A stretch of DNA of 64,000 nt, from positions 32,001 through 96,000 of the IMG/VR virus record IMGVR_UViG_3300025357_000908; one strand, given 5' to 3'. This DNA is from a virus. Lineage: Duplodnaviria; Caudoviricetes. Below are positions 1 through 8,967 of this stretch, one piece after another. The notes beneath the pieces were generated by a model. The model was not told the DNA's origin. It did not search any database and saw only the letters and a list, made by a program, of their open reading frames with translations. Made by a program: the position numbers and the translations under genes. The first letter of the stretch is position 1. Each line of letters starts with the position of its first letter.

Positions 1-413
1 ACACAAGGAGCATAGTCTACAGTAAAGCTTTCATCTACATCACATTGGTAATTAGATTTACCTTTAAATATTGACGATTCATTAAATAATTGCTTATACT
101 GGTTTTGTAATGCTTTGGTTGTAGTGAGAGCAAATAAACCATGTAAAGGAAACCTGGCCATTACATCAATATAGTCTTCGTCATAAGCGTGGTAGTTAAA
201 AACTAAGTTTTTAAACTCTGGATCACACTCATCCGTAGCGTTAGAAAGAGTCTTACTAATAAATGATTTACCTGACCCTGTAGGTGCTTGTACTATAATA
301 AACTTTTTTTCTTTTTTTATAGCTGCTTCTATATCCTGAAGACCTTTTATTTGATGTGGTCGAGGTGTATAACCAGCAGGAAAGTATTCGAGTAACGGTT
401 TATTGAGCAACAT
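1..413 (-). CDS. DinG/Rad3(XPD)-like SF2 helicase, N-terminal part (runs off the left edge)
   Basis: Not in the ORF track. Manual translation from ATG at 413: MLLNKPLLEYFPAGYTPRPHQ...IIVQAPTGSGKS...LTTTKALQNQY...KGKSNYQC, giving Q motif, Walker A, motif Ia and the start of the Fe-S region. Confidence 0.8.
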   Translation of the reverse strand, partial: MLLNKPLLEYFPAGYTPRPHQIKGLQDIEAAIKKEKKFIIVQAPTGSGKSFISKTLSNATDECDPEFKNLVFNYHAYDEDYIDVMARFPLHGLFALTTTKALQNQYKQLFNESSIFKGKSNYQCDVDESFTVDYAPC

Positions 414-419
414 TAACTA

Positions 420-447
420 ATGATACACTACTATCTAATTAGTTCAA
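420..447 (-). promoter_or_regulatory. sigma70-like promoter TTGAAC-N16-TATCAT
   Basis: Matches the recurrent TTGA-N16-TAnnaT pattern and ends 6 nt before the helicase ATG. Confidence 0.6.
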
Positions 448-774
448 TGACGAAATTGTAAGAACAGCATTATAAAATTTGCATTTTTTAACCTGATTTG
501 TTGCCTTTAAATTGACTAACAAATCATAATCCTGTTCTGCTAAAGCTTCTAAAGTATAATCAAACACAAGCTTATTATTTTCTGTTTTCATAGAAAAAGG
601 AAACGGTATTTCAAATGTTTCTTTTTTCTTTTCTGTAAGCATTACTATTGAAATATAACAACCGGAAAGCTTAAAATTAATAAGTTTACCTTTTTTGTAT
701 TGCTTATTTTTAAGAGTCAATACAACGCTTTTTTGAAAGTATTCTTTGAGGCTGTTATCAATAATATTAAGCAT
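439..774 (-). CDS. hypothetical protein
   Basis: 111-aa ORF tightly packed in a minus-strand run. Confidence 0.6.
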   Translation of the reverse strand: MLNIIDNSLKEYFQKSVVLTLKNKQYKKGKLINFKLSGCYISIVMLTEKKKETFEIPFPFSMKTENNKLVFDYTLEALAEQDYDLLVNLKATNQVKKCKFYNAVLTISSLN

Positions 775-775
775 T

Positions 776-1159
776 TTATTTGTCCATAAACCGTTCTTTT
801 TCGGCTGTAGACATTCTACTTAATACCTCACTGAAATATTTCCAGAACTGTTCTGGTGGTGTAGATGGTATAACACTAACAACATCAGCAGATTCTGCAG
901 GAATTAACCTATAGTCTTGCATGAATATATCCCAAGTTAATATCAATCCTTTTTGCTGAGGATTAAATTTTAAGTGGCCAGTAGCCGGTCTGAAGTTAAG
1001 CGCAGTCCTTCCAGCTGAACTATTTAGCAAAATAGTGTCATTAGTTGCAAGCATTCTCCTGGTGGCGGGTTCTCCAGGAGAAGGTCGCCTTCTTACAAAC
1101 TTAATCTCTAAAACATTTTTAGTTAGTAGAGTAGCTAATGCTCCTTGGGAAAGTCTCAT
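776..1159 (-). CDS. DUF2693/WYL-like SH3-barrel protein
   Basis: VLEIKFVRR...RRMLATND...WDIFMQDYRLI resembles this T4-like phage family. Confidence 0.5.
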   Translation of the reverse strand: MRLSQGALATLLTKNVLEIKFVRRRPSPGEPATRRMLATNDTILLNSSAGRTALNFRPATGHLKFNPQQKGLILTWDIFMQDYRLIPAESADVVSVIPSTPPEQFWKYFSEVLSRMSTAEKERFMDK

Positions 1160-1635
1160 TTAACATACTTATCATATGTTTCTTCTGGTTCTGCTACACC
1201 GAAAATACGATCTTCATTAAGAAACACAATGTTTTTTAAATTATTAACATTACTTGCTTTCAAACCAAAGGTGCTTGGAAAAATAACATGTTGACCGGGC
1301 TTAACTTTTGCGCGAGGTCCCGATAAAATTACTTTAGCTACACGCCATGCTTGATTAACAGCATTAATAGGTATCCAGATATCACCTCTACGGATCATTG
1401 TGCCATCTTCGTTAGTGTCTGCAAACTGACAGAAAAGAATATCATCCAACACGGCTGTTAGCTTCCAGCTTTTTAAGTTTAAATCGCTATTTGCATACTC
1501 TTCAAGCCTGACCATACCTTTTGTGTTATCAGTCTCGACTTGCTCGTTTGCTTCTAAAGCCTTGTTTTGTTCAGCGTATGATAAACCGCTTTGCTTGATA
1601 TCTCTCTCAATTTTATGTTGTATAGTTTTCTTCAT
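1156..1635 (-). CDS. GroES-like co-chaperonin (gp31-like) with N-terminal extension
   Basis: LTAVLDDILF...GDIWIP...AKVILSGP...VKPGQHVIF...FLNEDRIFGV follows the GroES pattern. Confidence 0.7.
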   Translation of the reverse strand: MKKTIQHKIERDIKQSGLSYAEQNKALEANEQVETDNTKGMVRLEEYANSDLNLKSWKLTAVLDDILFCQFADTNEDGTMIRRGDIWIPINAVNQAWRVAKVILSGPRAKVKPGQHVIFPSTFGLKASNVNNLKNIVFLNEDRIFGVAEPEETYDKYVK

Positions 1636-2277
1636 TTAAATTGTAAAGTCAAAATTAATAATACATCTTACGTTTTTAGTGGGCCCAGAGCTTGAATGGT
1701 AACGTTCACCGTTAAATATCACCACTCTACCTTTTTTGGGTGCAACCTTTTTAATAATATTAAAATTAGTCTCCTTGTACTCATTACCGTTATCTTGATT
1801 TACTTCTCCTAAAGTTTTATCAAAAAAATGAGTATCACCATCAGTGTCGTTTACGTAGTAAAGACAAACCATGTGGGGAATAGTCAAATCAATATGGGGG
1901 TTATTGTGGTTCTTGTTTAAAGAAGCATTTAAAGGAAAGCTTATAAAGCTTCTGGCCATTAGTATTTTTTGAGGTGTTAAATTAGCTTTTGCACACGCAG
2001 AAAACAGCACTGGTTGTACTGTTTTTAGTATGTCAGGGTTAACAACAACAACTTTCGTTGCATCATCATCAAGATACACAAAGGTGTTATTTATTGCTGG
2101 TGTTAGTTTGGTAATTTTCTTTTCTTTAATTCTTTTTCTATTAAAAGTAATATCGTTAACAAATATCCATTTTAATTTTGACCCTAACATATAATCTTCA
2201 AGAAAATCTTGTTGTTCTTTAGGAACAACATCATCAAAAATATATAAATCTTTAATGTTATTATTTTCTATTTTCAT
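1636..2277 (-). CDS. 2OG-Fe(II) oxygenase
   Basis: PHID, LYYVNDTDGDT, PKKGRVVIFNGERYHSS, RCIINF (HxD...H...R). Confidence 0.85.
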   Translation of the reverse strand: MKIENNNIKDLYIFDDVVPKEQQDFLEDYMLGSKLKWIFVNDITFNRKRIKEKKITKLTPAINNTFVYLDDDATKVVVVNPDILKTVQPVLFSACAKANLTPQKILMARSFISFPLNASLNKNHNNPHIDLTIPHMVCLYYVNDTDGDTHFFDKTLGEVNQDNGNEYKETNFNIIKKVAPKKGRVVIFNGERYHSSSGPTKNVRCIINFDFTI

Positions 2278-2647
2278 TTGGAATTTTTAATTGAAAGAGT
2301 TCTATATACTGATTTACTTCTCTTACGGAAATTTCAAGATGGTTGGCAACTGTCTTTACGTTTGATTTATTATTGTTTTTATCGGTATCTTTCTTTTTCT
2401 TTATATATTCCAATCGTTTAAACTTAGAATTAGGTATAATACTATGTAGGTAACTAAACCACATAGTATTATTTTCTAATATTGGCCAAACACGATTACT
2501 TGTTTGATTTACAAGATTAGATACTTCAGGTGAATACATAGAACACCATCTCTGTATTAAAAAAGGCTGAAACTCCTTAACCTCATTTATAGTAGAGGTG
2601 TCAGGAGTCTTAGTCTTAAAAAGTATCTTGTTAAGATATTCGAACAT
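2261..2647 (-). CDS. clamp loader small subunit (gp62-like)
   Basis: MFEYLNKI...FQPFLIQRWCSM...YIKKKK...VANHLEISVREVNQYI; size fits gp62. Confidence 0.65.
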   Translation of the reverse strand: MFEYLNKILFKTKTPDTSTINEVKEFQPFLIQRWCSMYSPEVSNLVNQTSNRVWPILENNTMWFSYLHSIIPNSKFKRLEYIKKKKDTDKNNNKSNVKTVANHLEISVREVNQYIELFQLKIPNENRK

Positions 2648-3228
2648 TAAACTGTAATTTTAGTGGTAGCAATAAAAATATTATCTACCATACTGTAGAA
2701 CTGATCAATAACAGCTTTTTGAAATTGCTGTGTTTGTTCCGGTGTTAAGTTAGTACTATACGCAAAAGCAGGAGCCTTTTTACCGGCTGTTACATTGACA
2801 CCGGTATGACCGATAGCAATACCGTCTTTAGAGTAGGTAATACTAACAGAAGCTTTACCTTTTTGTTGTACAATGCCACCTTGGGTAAATTCAGCATGTA
2901 CCATAATATCGTCACCCTTCATTTCAATAGGCTTATTAATAATTTTATAAAGAATATTAGCTATTGATGTATTGAATAAACGTTGAAAACATACAGCACC
3001 CATTGGATCCAAGTTAGGTATTTCCCAACAGAAATTAACCATTGAATCACTATAAATGTAGTCGTTTTCAAGAGAATCTTCGAGGTCGATAAGGTTAATA
3101 GTAACTTCAACCGGTGCAACAAAGCTAACAATATTACCGATCGGTAATGTGCGATCTCTAAAATATTTATAAGCAAAACGCTTGTGAATAAAATCGCCGT
3201 TATATATTTTTTGGTCTGTTATAATCAT
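2647..3228 (-). CDS. DUF366 family protein (biotin/lipoate-ligase-like fold)
   Basis: YNGDFIHKRFAY, LIDLED, IYSDSMVNF, FQRLF, KGDDI, KASVSI, GHTGVNV. Confidence 0.75.
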   Translation of the reverse strand: MIITDQKIYNGDFIHKRFAYKYFRDRTLPIGNIVSFVAPVEVTINLIDLEDSLENDYIYSDSMVNFCWEIPNLDPMGAVCFQRLFNTSIANILYKIINKPIEMKGDDIMVHAEFTQGGIVQQKGKASVSITYSKDGIAIGHTGVNVTAGKKAPAFAYSTNLTPEQTQQFQKAVIDQFYSMVDNIFIATTKITV

Positions 3229-3249
3229 AATTGTATGTTAATATAAATT

Positions 3250-3930
3250 TTAATATTCTCCACGATTAAATTTATTTAAAAACCAGTCTTGACCTTCAAG
3301 CCATTCTTTAGTAAACGATTTGAGCCCTGGAGATGCATGAGTCACATTAATATTGATAGTGCCTAACTTTAATTTGGCTTTATTACATGCCAAACTAAAA
3401 TCGATATCATAAAAATGAAAACCAGCTGGACATGATTCATCAAATTTAACACCTGTATTGAATAGTTTCTTAGGGTTAAAAGCTAAGAACAAACCATCAA
3501 GTATTAATACTCTACCGGTTTTACCGAAGTGTGTTTTAAATGTTTTATTATCTACGTGGTGACCGACTGTACCGCTATGGGTTTCTCTCGGACACATGAT
3601 ATGCCATAAACAAGGCTGTCTAATGGATGGGTTACTACCACCCGCAAGCCCTACAACATCATATTTTTCAAGCGCTTGATGTAATTTAACTATCCAGTTC
3701 TTATCTGTAATAAGAATATCATCATGAGCTAAAACTAAAATACAATCTTCATCTTTATAGGTATTAATATATGAGTTATAAACTTTAGCTATAGCGGTTT
3801 TATTGTTAAAAGCACCGCTTGTGAGTGCTACACCGTCTAAGCCTTCACTATTAACAATAGTGAACTTACTTCTTTCTTTGAGATTTGAATAAGAAGTAGC
3901 TGTAGAACAATAACTAAGATATACATTCAT
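3250..3930 (-). CDS. GT-A glycosyltransferase (GT2-like)
   Basis: IAKVYN, LAHDD, VVGLAG, LDGLFLA, FDE...FHFYDIDFSL. Confidence 0.8.
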   Translation of the reverse strand: MNVYLSYCSTATSYSNLKERSKFTIVNSEGLDGVALTSGAFNNKTAIAKVYNSYINTYKDEDCILVLAHDDILITDKNWIVKLHQALEKYDVVGLAGGSNPSIRQPCLWHIMCPRETHSGTVGHHVDNKTFKTHFGKTGRVLILDGLFLAFNPKKLFNTGVKFDESCPAGFHFYDIDFSLACNKAKLKLGTININVTHASPGLKSFTKEWLEGQDWFLNKFNRGEY

Positions 3931-4193
3931 TAGTCAGTGATAACACTACTGCACGGCAAATTCGAAAATGTTTGTTTAGTTTTTTCTGCTAAAACTGGGT
4001 TGTCAAAAGGGCCGCCCTCGAAGAGGTAAATGTTGCTGAGCTTAATATCAGGGTTATTAAGTTTTTGAGCAAGTTCAACCATGAGCTGATTTTGCTTCGG
4101 TGTCCATTCAGCACATATATCAGTAATGCTTGAAAATAATAAAGCTTCTACCAGTAATTGTTTTTCTTCTAAAGTTAATTGTATACCCTTCAT
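3930..4193 (-). CDS. hypothetical protein
   Basis: 87-aa ORF preceded by TAGATT-N16-TATACT (4230..4203). Confidence 0.6.
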   Translation of the reverse strand: MKGIQLTLEEKQLLVEALLFSSITDICAEWTPKQNQLMVELAQKLNNPDIKLSNIYLFEGGPFDNPVLAEKTKQTFSNLPCSSVITD

Positions 4194-4234
4194 ATTAAGA
4201 AGAGTATAGCTACTTTTCTTAACAAATCTACATT

Positions 4235-4606
4235 TTATTTACCAAAAAAATGTATTAATAGATCTGTCATACTACCTATTAAAGCTACCCAAATTGCTGT
4301 TTGTATATGCCAGTGTAATTTTTGTCTCTCACTGTGCTTTGTTGCACATTTATTGAGTGTATCATGAAGTTCTTCGTAATGAGATGTCATGAAATCACGT
4401 TGCTCTTCAAGTCTAATATCTAATTCTGTCTTAAGATGTTCTATTTCAGTTTGTATAGTGGCAATCTGTTGCATTAAGCTTGGATGTCCATTACCATCTC
4501 GTACAATCTTACTAAGGACTTGTAAATCTTCTTTTACATTAACTATATCTCTGTTAATGTAATCAATGGCGGTGTTTCTTTCGGATGGCGTTTTCTTAGA
4601 GGGCAT
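4235..4606 (-). CDS. coiled-coil protein with C-terminal hydrophobic segment
   Basis: Heptad-rich body, hydrophobic C-terminus (AIWVALIGSMTDLLIHFF), TAAATA at 4611-4616 upstream. Confidence 0.55.
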   Translation of the reverse strand: MPSKKTPSERNTAIDYINRDIVNVKEDLQVLSKIVRDGNGHPSLMQQIATIQTEIEHLKTELDIRLEEQRDFMTSHYEELHDTLNKCATKHSERQKLHWHIQTAIWVALIGSMTDLLIHFFGK

Positions 4607-4623
4607 CCAATATTTATTGAATT

Positions 4624-5280
4624 TTATATAAAAAAGTAGGGGGATTTGTGTTTAAACCTACCTGCAGGTACTATACAGTTGTAGTCCTGTACATCATAAA
4701 CAATTCCCTCCTTCAAGGATTCACTACCTTCAAATTCTGTAGATGAAAAACAGCCTGTAACCGAATTTGCAAATAATGTGCTCGCACTTCTGGCTAAATA
4801 TGTTTTTTTATGTTTAGAGTTAAAAGCCCATATAGCAAACGTACCTTTAAGTAATTCCATAGCTTCTGACACTTGCGGTTTAATCTCTAACATACGAGGT
4901 ATAATGCAGCTGTCGGTTCTACCGAAAAAATCTTCATCAGGAAAATACTCTTTACATAAACTCTCAAAGTTACTAATAATACCGTTATGAGATACTATCC
5001 AGTCACCATAAGTGAATGGGTGATTGTCGCCTGGTTCGAACGATTTCGTTTCTACTGTAGGGCCACGAGAGTGATACAAAAAATAACGACTGTAGGTGTC
5101 TATACCTGGTGGGTTAAAACAGTCTATAGATTCATTAAAAACCCCTTCAGTTTTATGTATACGGTACTGATCATTAGAGTCTAATGTTAATGCACCAGAA
5201 CTATAATAACCCCTTGTAAGATTATTTTTATATAAATTAAAAGCTTTGTCTTTGTATTTTGAGCCAGCTATACCGCACAT
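4624..5280 (-). CDS. stand-alone class II (Ntn) glutamine amidotransferase
   Basis: N-terminal MCGIAG nucleophile, HSR, NHPF, HNGIISN, TDS; starts 1 nt after the queC stop. Confidence 0.85.
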   Translation of the reverse strand: MCGIAGSKYKDKAFNLYKNNLTRGYYSSGALTLDSNDQYRIHKTEGVFNESIDCFNPPGIDTYSRYFLYHSRGPTVETKSFEPGDNHPFTYGDWIVSHNGIISNFESLCKEYFPDEDFFGRTDSCIIPRMLEIKPQVSEAMELLKGTFAIWAFNSKHKKTYLARSASTLFANSVTGCFSSTEFEGSESLKEGIVYDVQDYNCIVPAGRFKHKSPYFFI

Positions 5281-5281
5281 A

Positions 5282-6004
5282 TTATGTTAAATAGGTTAAA
5301 GGTTTACAGTCGTATTGTTCCCAAGGTATATTACGTGAATATTTAATAGGGTCAATAGCTTTGTTATCAATAAAACCTTTGATACGTGCAGCACACGATA
5401 CACATTCACCGCAAGCAGGATCAGTACCCTCATAACAAGTATGCGTCTGTCTGAAGTCTACCTGTAAGTCAATACCAGTCTTAATTACTTCTTCTTTAGA
5501 ATAACGCATAAACGGCGCATTAACTTTAATAGTATTTTTACGATTAAGACCGTAAATGTCATTAACTTTATTTAAAAACATTGAGGTACAGTCCCAATAA
5601 CCGCTAAAGTCATCTGTCTCCACTGCGCCATAAAACAAGTCTTGAGCACCAATAGATTCAGCCCAACCTGCCGCGCTTGTTAAGAGTAACAAGTTTCTAA
5701 AAGGTACATAGCTTAAGGGTTGAGCGTTACCTACATCATCTTTAGCTTTAGGTATTTTAAGATCTTTATTGGTTAAAGCAGACATAGTTGATATGTCTCT
5801 AAAGAAATCCATATCAATAACTTTGTGCTCTTTAACATTGCATGCTTTAGCTTGGAATATTGCACAGTCAATTTCTCGAGCAATCCGCTGACCGTAGTTA
5901 AACGTTACAGCATATACCTCATCGTATTTAAGTGTTTTAGTTACATAATGTAGTAACACGGTACTATCCATTCCGCCTGATAATATAACTAATGCTTTAT
6001 TCAT
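5282..6004 (-). CDS. queC: 7-cyano-7-deazaguanine synthase
   Basis: LSGGMDS, FNYGQR, YVPFRN, GYWDC, TCY...CGECVSC. Confidence 0.95.
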   Translation of the reverse strand: MNKALVILSGGMDSTVLLHYVTKTLKYDEVYAVTFNYGQRIAREIDCAIFQAKACNVKEHKVIDMDFFRDISTMSALTNKDLKIPKAKDDVGNAQPLSYVPFRNLLLLTSAAGWAESIGAQDLFYGAVETDDFSGYWDCTSMFLNKVNDIYGLNRKNTIKVNAPFMRYSKEEVIKTGIDLQVDFRQTHTCYEGTDPACGECVSCAARIKGFIDNKAIDPIKYSRNIPWEQYDCKPLTYLT

Positions 6005-6010
6005 GTGTGT

Positions 6011-6038
6011 ATTTTAAGTTATAAATGAGAAAATTCAA
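6011..6038 (-). promoter_or_regulatory. sigma70-like promoter TTGAAT-N16-TAAAAT for queC
   Basis: Ends 6 nt before the queC ATG. Confidence 0.65.
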
Positions 6039-6064
6039 TGTGATTTGATAAATAATATGTACAT

Positions 6065-6805
6065 ATGTCTACGTTTGCAAATAAATTTTTGAAAGCTCTT
6101 AACGAGGATACAGAAGGTAATGCTTTTACTGGTGCTTTACACAATACTAAAAAAGGTGAAAAAGCTAAAGTAGACGGTAAAGAAATCACCAACACTACTG
6201 GTACAATTCCAGAAGATAAAAAGTGGATCCAGCACACACATGCTAAAAAGGGCGGTTTACATAAAGCTTTACACGTTAAACAGGGTGAAAAGATTCCAGC
6301 TGCTAAATTAGATAAAGCTTTACATAGCAAAAATGCTCACTTACGCCACATGGCTCAGTTTGCAAAGAACGTTAAAGGTCTAAAAGAAAACGTAATGGAA
6401 GCCCCAAAAGCTCAACCGGAAGCCCCTGCAGCTGATGCACCTACTCAAGATGATGACTCAGCAGCTTGGCAAAAATCATTAGATAAAGGTACTGATCCAA
6501 AAGCTTTCGACACCCCAGATAACCCTCAACACACTGTTGATACAACTGGTATTCAAGCAGCTCATGAGTGGATACAAAAGCTTGAAGAAATGGCACACTT
6601 TGTTAACGGTACAGGCCCAGAAAGCTTAAACTCACAAATCAATCAATTAGAAATTAAGAATTCAGTTCCTTTCCGTGGTATTGTTCGTCGTGAAGAAAAA
6701 CGTATTACTAAGTTGGCTGAAAACTTACGCGGTTTAGCAGAAGTGTTTAAGTCAGTAGTTATTACTTCTGAAAAGAAGATTAAAGACGTTAACTCACCTC
6801 GTTAA
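6065..6805 (+). CDS. putative internal head/virion protein
   Basis: TAAATA at 6049-6054; LNE/LKE/VME candidate cleavage sites; basic His/Lys-rich module. Confidence 0.5.
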   Translation: MSTFANKFLKALNEDTEGNAFTGALHNTKKGEKAKVDGKEITNTTGTIPEDKKWIQHTHAKKGGLHKALHVKQGEKIPAAKLDKALHSKNAHLRHMAQFAKNVKGLKENVMEAPKAQPEAPAADAPTQDDDSAAWQKSLDKGTDPKAFDTPDNPQHTVDTTGIQAAHEWIQKLEEMAHFVNGTGPESLNSQINQLEIKNSVPFRGIVRREEKRITKLAENLRGLAEVFKSVVITSEKKIKDVNSPR

Positions 6806-7821
6806 TTACATTTAACCTGAGAGTAGTACAATAGACCTTTCATACCGCAATAGGTATGTTTGTTTATAAATTCCGGGTTTATTTCATCTTTCTTAGTGTG
6901 CACACACAACTCATTTAAATCTTTAAATTTGTTAAGTTCCTTAGGCCAAATAAACACACATTGATCTGCTTCAAGTAATTCTTTAGTTATCTTGTGTGAT
7001 GTCTTATCTCTCCATTGATTATCTAAAACATATACTATCTTATGAAACGGAAACTTAGTGGTTATAGTATTTAACTGCTCTTCAGTGGGATGTATACCTG
7101 CTAAAGCTACACTATTACGTAAGAACATAGCATCAATAGGTCCCTCTTGTAGATAAATGTAATCAATATCAGAAGTAACTTTATCTAAGTTAAATATTCC
7201 TTTTTCACTATTAGCTTTAGATAGATACTTTGCTCTGTCTTCATCTACCTTATATAATGCTCTGGATTGATAGTGCTCTACCTTAGCATTACTATCTGCT
7301 GAATAAAAAGGAAATATAACTCTATTTTTGTGCGTATAATCTGTTAGACTTAACCAAAGCGCTCTCGGTTTATTAATAGCGGTGTCAAGTCGTCTATTAG
7401 TTATAAACGCTAAAGCATCCTGTATTACTTGGTTTTCTTTATAAAACGATACTTGATTGGTGTCGTACAAATTAATACTATCGTCCGGTAAACTCTTGGG
7501 GTTATATTTTTTATATGTTGCTGATTTTTTAATAATATCTTCTACAGTTTCAGCATGTGTTTCAGATTCGGATAATATCTCAGTTAAAGACATACCTGTT
7601 CTGTCTTTAACAAAGTCTATGCCGCTTTTACTTTCATTACAGTTATGACAGTATAGATGATCTTCTTCTGGAATATAAAAGAATCTACGCTTTCTACCTG
7701 CACTCTTGCCTTCATGGCAGTATGGGCACTCTCCTGCATACGTACCGGTACTTTTCTTAAATACTGGTCTTTTACAGTATTGAAAGAATGTACGAATAAC
7801 TAAATTTTGAGAAATTTGCAC
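6802..7821 (-). CDS. DNA primase (gp61-like)
   Basis: CPYC...CHNC zinc finger, YQSR, EGPIDAMF, LDN, KDLNE (TOPRIM). GTG at 7821 chosen to avoid overlap with gp4. Confidence 0.9.
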   Translation of the reverse strand: MQISQNLVIRTFFQYCKRPVFKKSTGTYAGECPYCHEGKSAGRKRRFFYIPEEDHLYCHNCNESKSGIDFVKDRTGMSLTEILSESETHAETVEDIIKKSATYKKYNPKSLPDDSINLYDTNQVSFYKENQVIQDALAFITNRRLDTAINKPRALWLSLTDYTHKNRVIFPFYSADSNAKVEHYQSRALYKVDEDRAKYLSKANSEKGIFNLDKVTSDIDYIYLQEGPIDAMFLRNSVALAGIHPTEEQLNTITTKFPFHKIVYVLDNQWRDKTSHKITKELLEADQCVFIWPKELNKFKDLNELCVHTKKDEINPEFINKHTYCGMKGLLYYSQVKCN

Positions 7822-7840
7822 GGTAGAGTAATTATATGTT

Positions 7841-8296
7841 ATGGGCACCGCTAAAAATAGCAAATATATTCAAGGAATTTATAACCCTATAAACAAAGAA
7901 AAGTATATAGGTAACACAAATCCTTCATATAGATCTCTACTTGAGCGGAAGTTTTTCTACTACTTTGATACTAACCCGAACGTTACCGCGTGGGCAAGTG
8001 AGTCAATTGTAGTTCCTTATTATAACGACGTTGATAAAAAAGTACACAAGTATTATGTAGATTTAGTTGCAGCTATTAAAGATGATAATGGTAATGTACA
8101 AAAGTACTTGATAGAGGTTAAACCACACACTCAAACACAACCCCCAGTACCTTCTGATAGGAAAAAATCGAGTACAGTGTTATACGAGAATTTAATGTAC
8201 CATCAAAATCAGTGCAAATGGAAAGCCGCGAGTGATTACGCGGCTAAGAAAGATATGAAGTTTGTTGTACTGACCGAAAAGTTTTTAGGTAATTAA
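7841..8296 (+). CDS. head completion nuclease (gp4-like, TnsA-type)
   Basis: QGIYNPINKEKYIG, YRSLLE, WASE, HKYYVD, LIEVKP, NQCKWKAA, FVVLTE. Confidence 0.9.
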   Translation: MGTAKNSKYIQGIYNPINKEKYIGNTNPSYRSLLERKFFYYFDTNPNVTAWASESIVVPYYNDVDKKVHKYYVDLVAAIKDDNGNVQKYLIEVKPHTQTQPPVPSDRKKSSTVLYENLMYHQNQCKWKAASDYAAKKDMKFVVLTEKFLGN

Positions 8297-8928
8297 TCAG
8301 ATTCTACTGCATCTGTTTCATCAGCATCGTAAGGGCTCTTTTTCATTGCCTTTACATAATGTGAAACATAAGGATCAGCTTCTACTTCGTCTTCATCTTC
8401 GTCTTTATCTACTTTAGGGGCAACTTCAGCTGCTTTACGTTTTGCAGCTAAAATACGATCGCGTTCAGCTTTTGGCTTCATGAAAAACTTACGCAAACGA
8501 GCCATCTTAGCAGCTTTTTCAGCTTCAGGATCAAATTCGGGTTCAACTTCACTTGGTTCTTCACCTTTTGCTAAAGCTACCATGCCCACTACATCCTTAA
8601 GACTACCTTCAAATGGTGTTTCGCCTGGTAATGTGTTTTTGAGATGTTTATATATTTCTTCTGGAGATAGGCCTTGAGATACTAATTGATCAACAACTTC
8701 TTGTTTACGTGGATCAATCTCTGTAGGTGTATGTTGTACAACAGGTGCAGCTGCTGGTGTAGTGCCACCTCTTGTGGATTTCTTAAAGTGATAATATGCA
8801 CTTGGACCTTTAGCTAATTCAGGATTAGCTGCTTTCCAATCAGCAAAAGAAGCATTAGGGTTACGACCTTCTGTTTCTTCAGAGGTAATAGATTCGTTAA
8901 TTACGTTTGCAAGCTTGTTGAAATTCAT
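8293..8928 (-). CDS. hypothetical late protein (putative internal head protein)
   Basis: TAAGTA at 8943-8948; N-terminus MNFNKLANVINES; acidic tail. Confidence 0.5.
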   Translation of the reverse strand: MNFNKLANVINESITSEETEGRNPNASFADWKAANPELAKGPSAYYHFKKSTRGGTTPAAAPVVQHTPTEIDPRKQEVVDQLVSQGLSPEEIYKHLKNTLPGETPFEGSLKDVVGMVALAKGEEPSEVEPEFDPEAEKAAKMARLRKFFMKPKAERDRILAAKRKAAEVAPKVDKDEDEDEVEADPYVSHYVKAMKKSPYDADETDAVESD

Positions 8929-8967
8929 ACGATTAATATGATTACTTACACAAATTAAGGCAAGTTT

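Noticed and set aside
4235-4606. Holin call
   Set aside because: Only one hydrophobic segment and no adjacent lysis genes; support is insufficient
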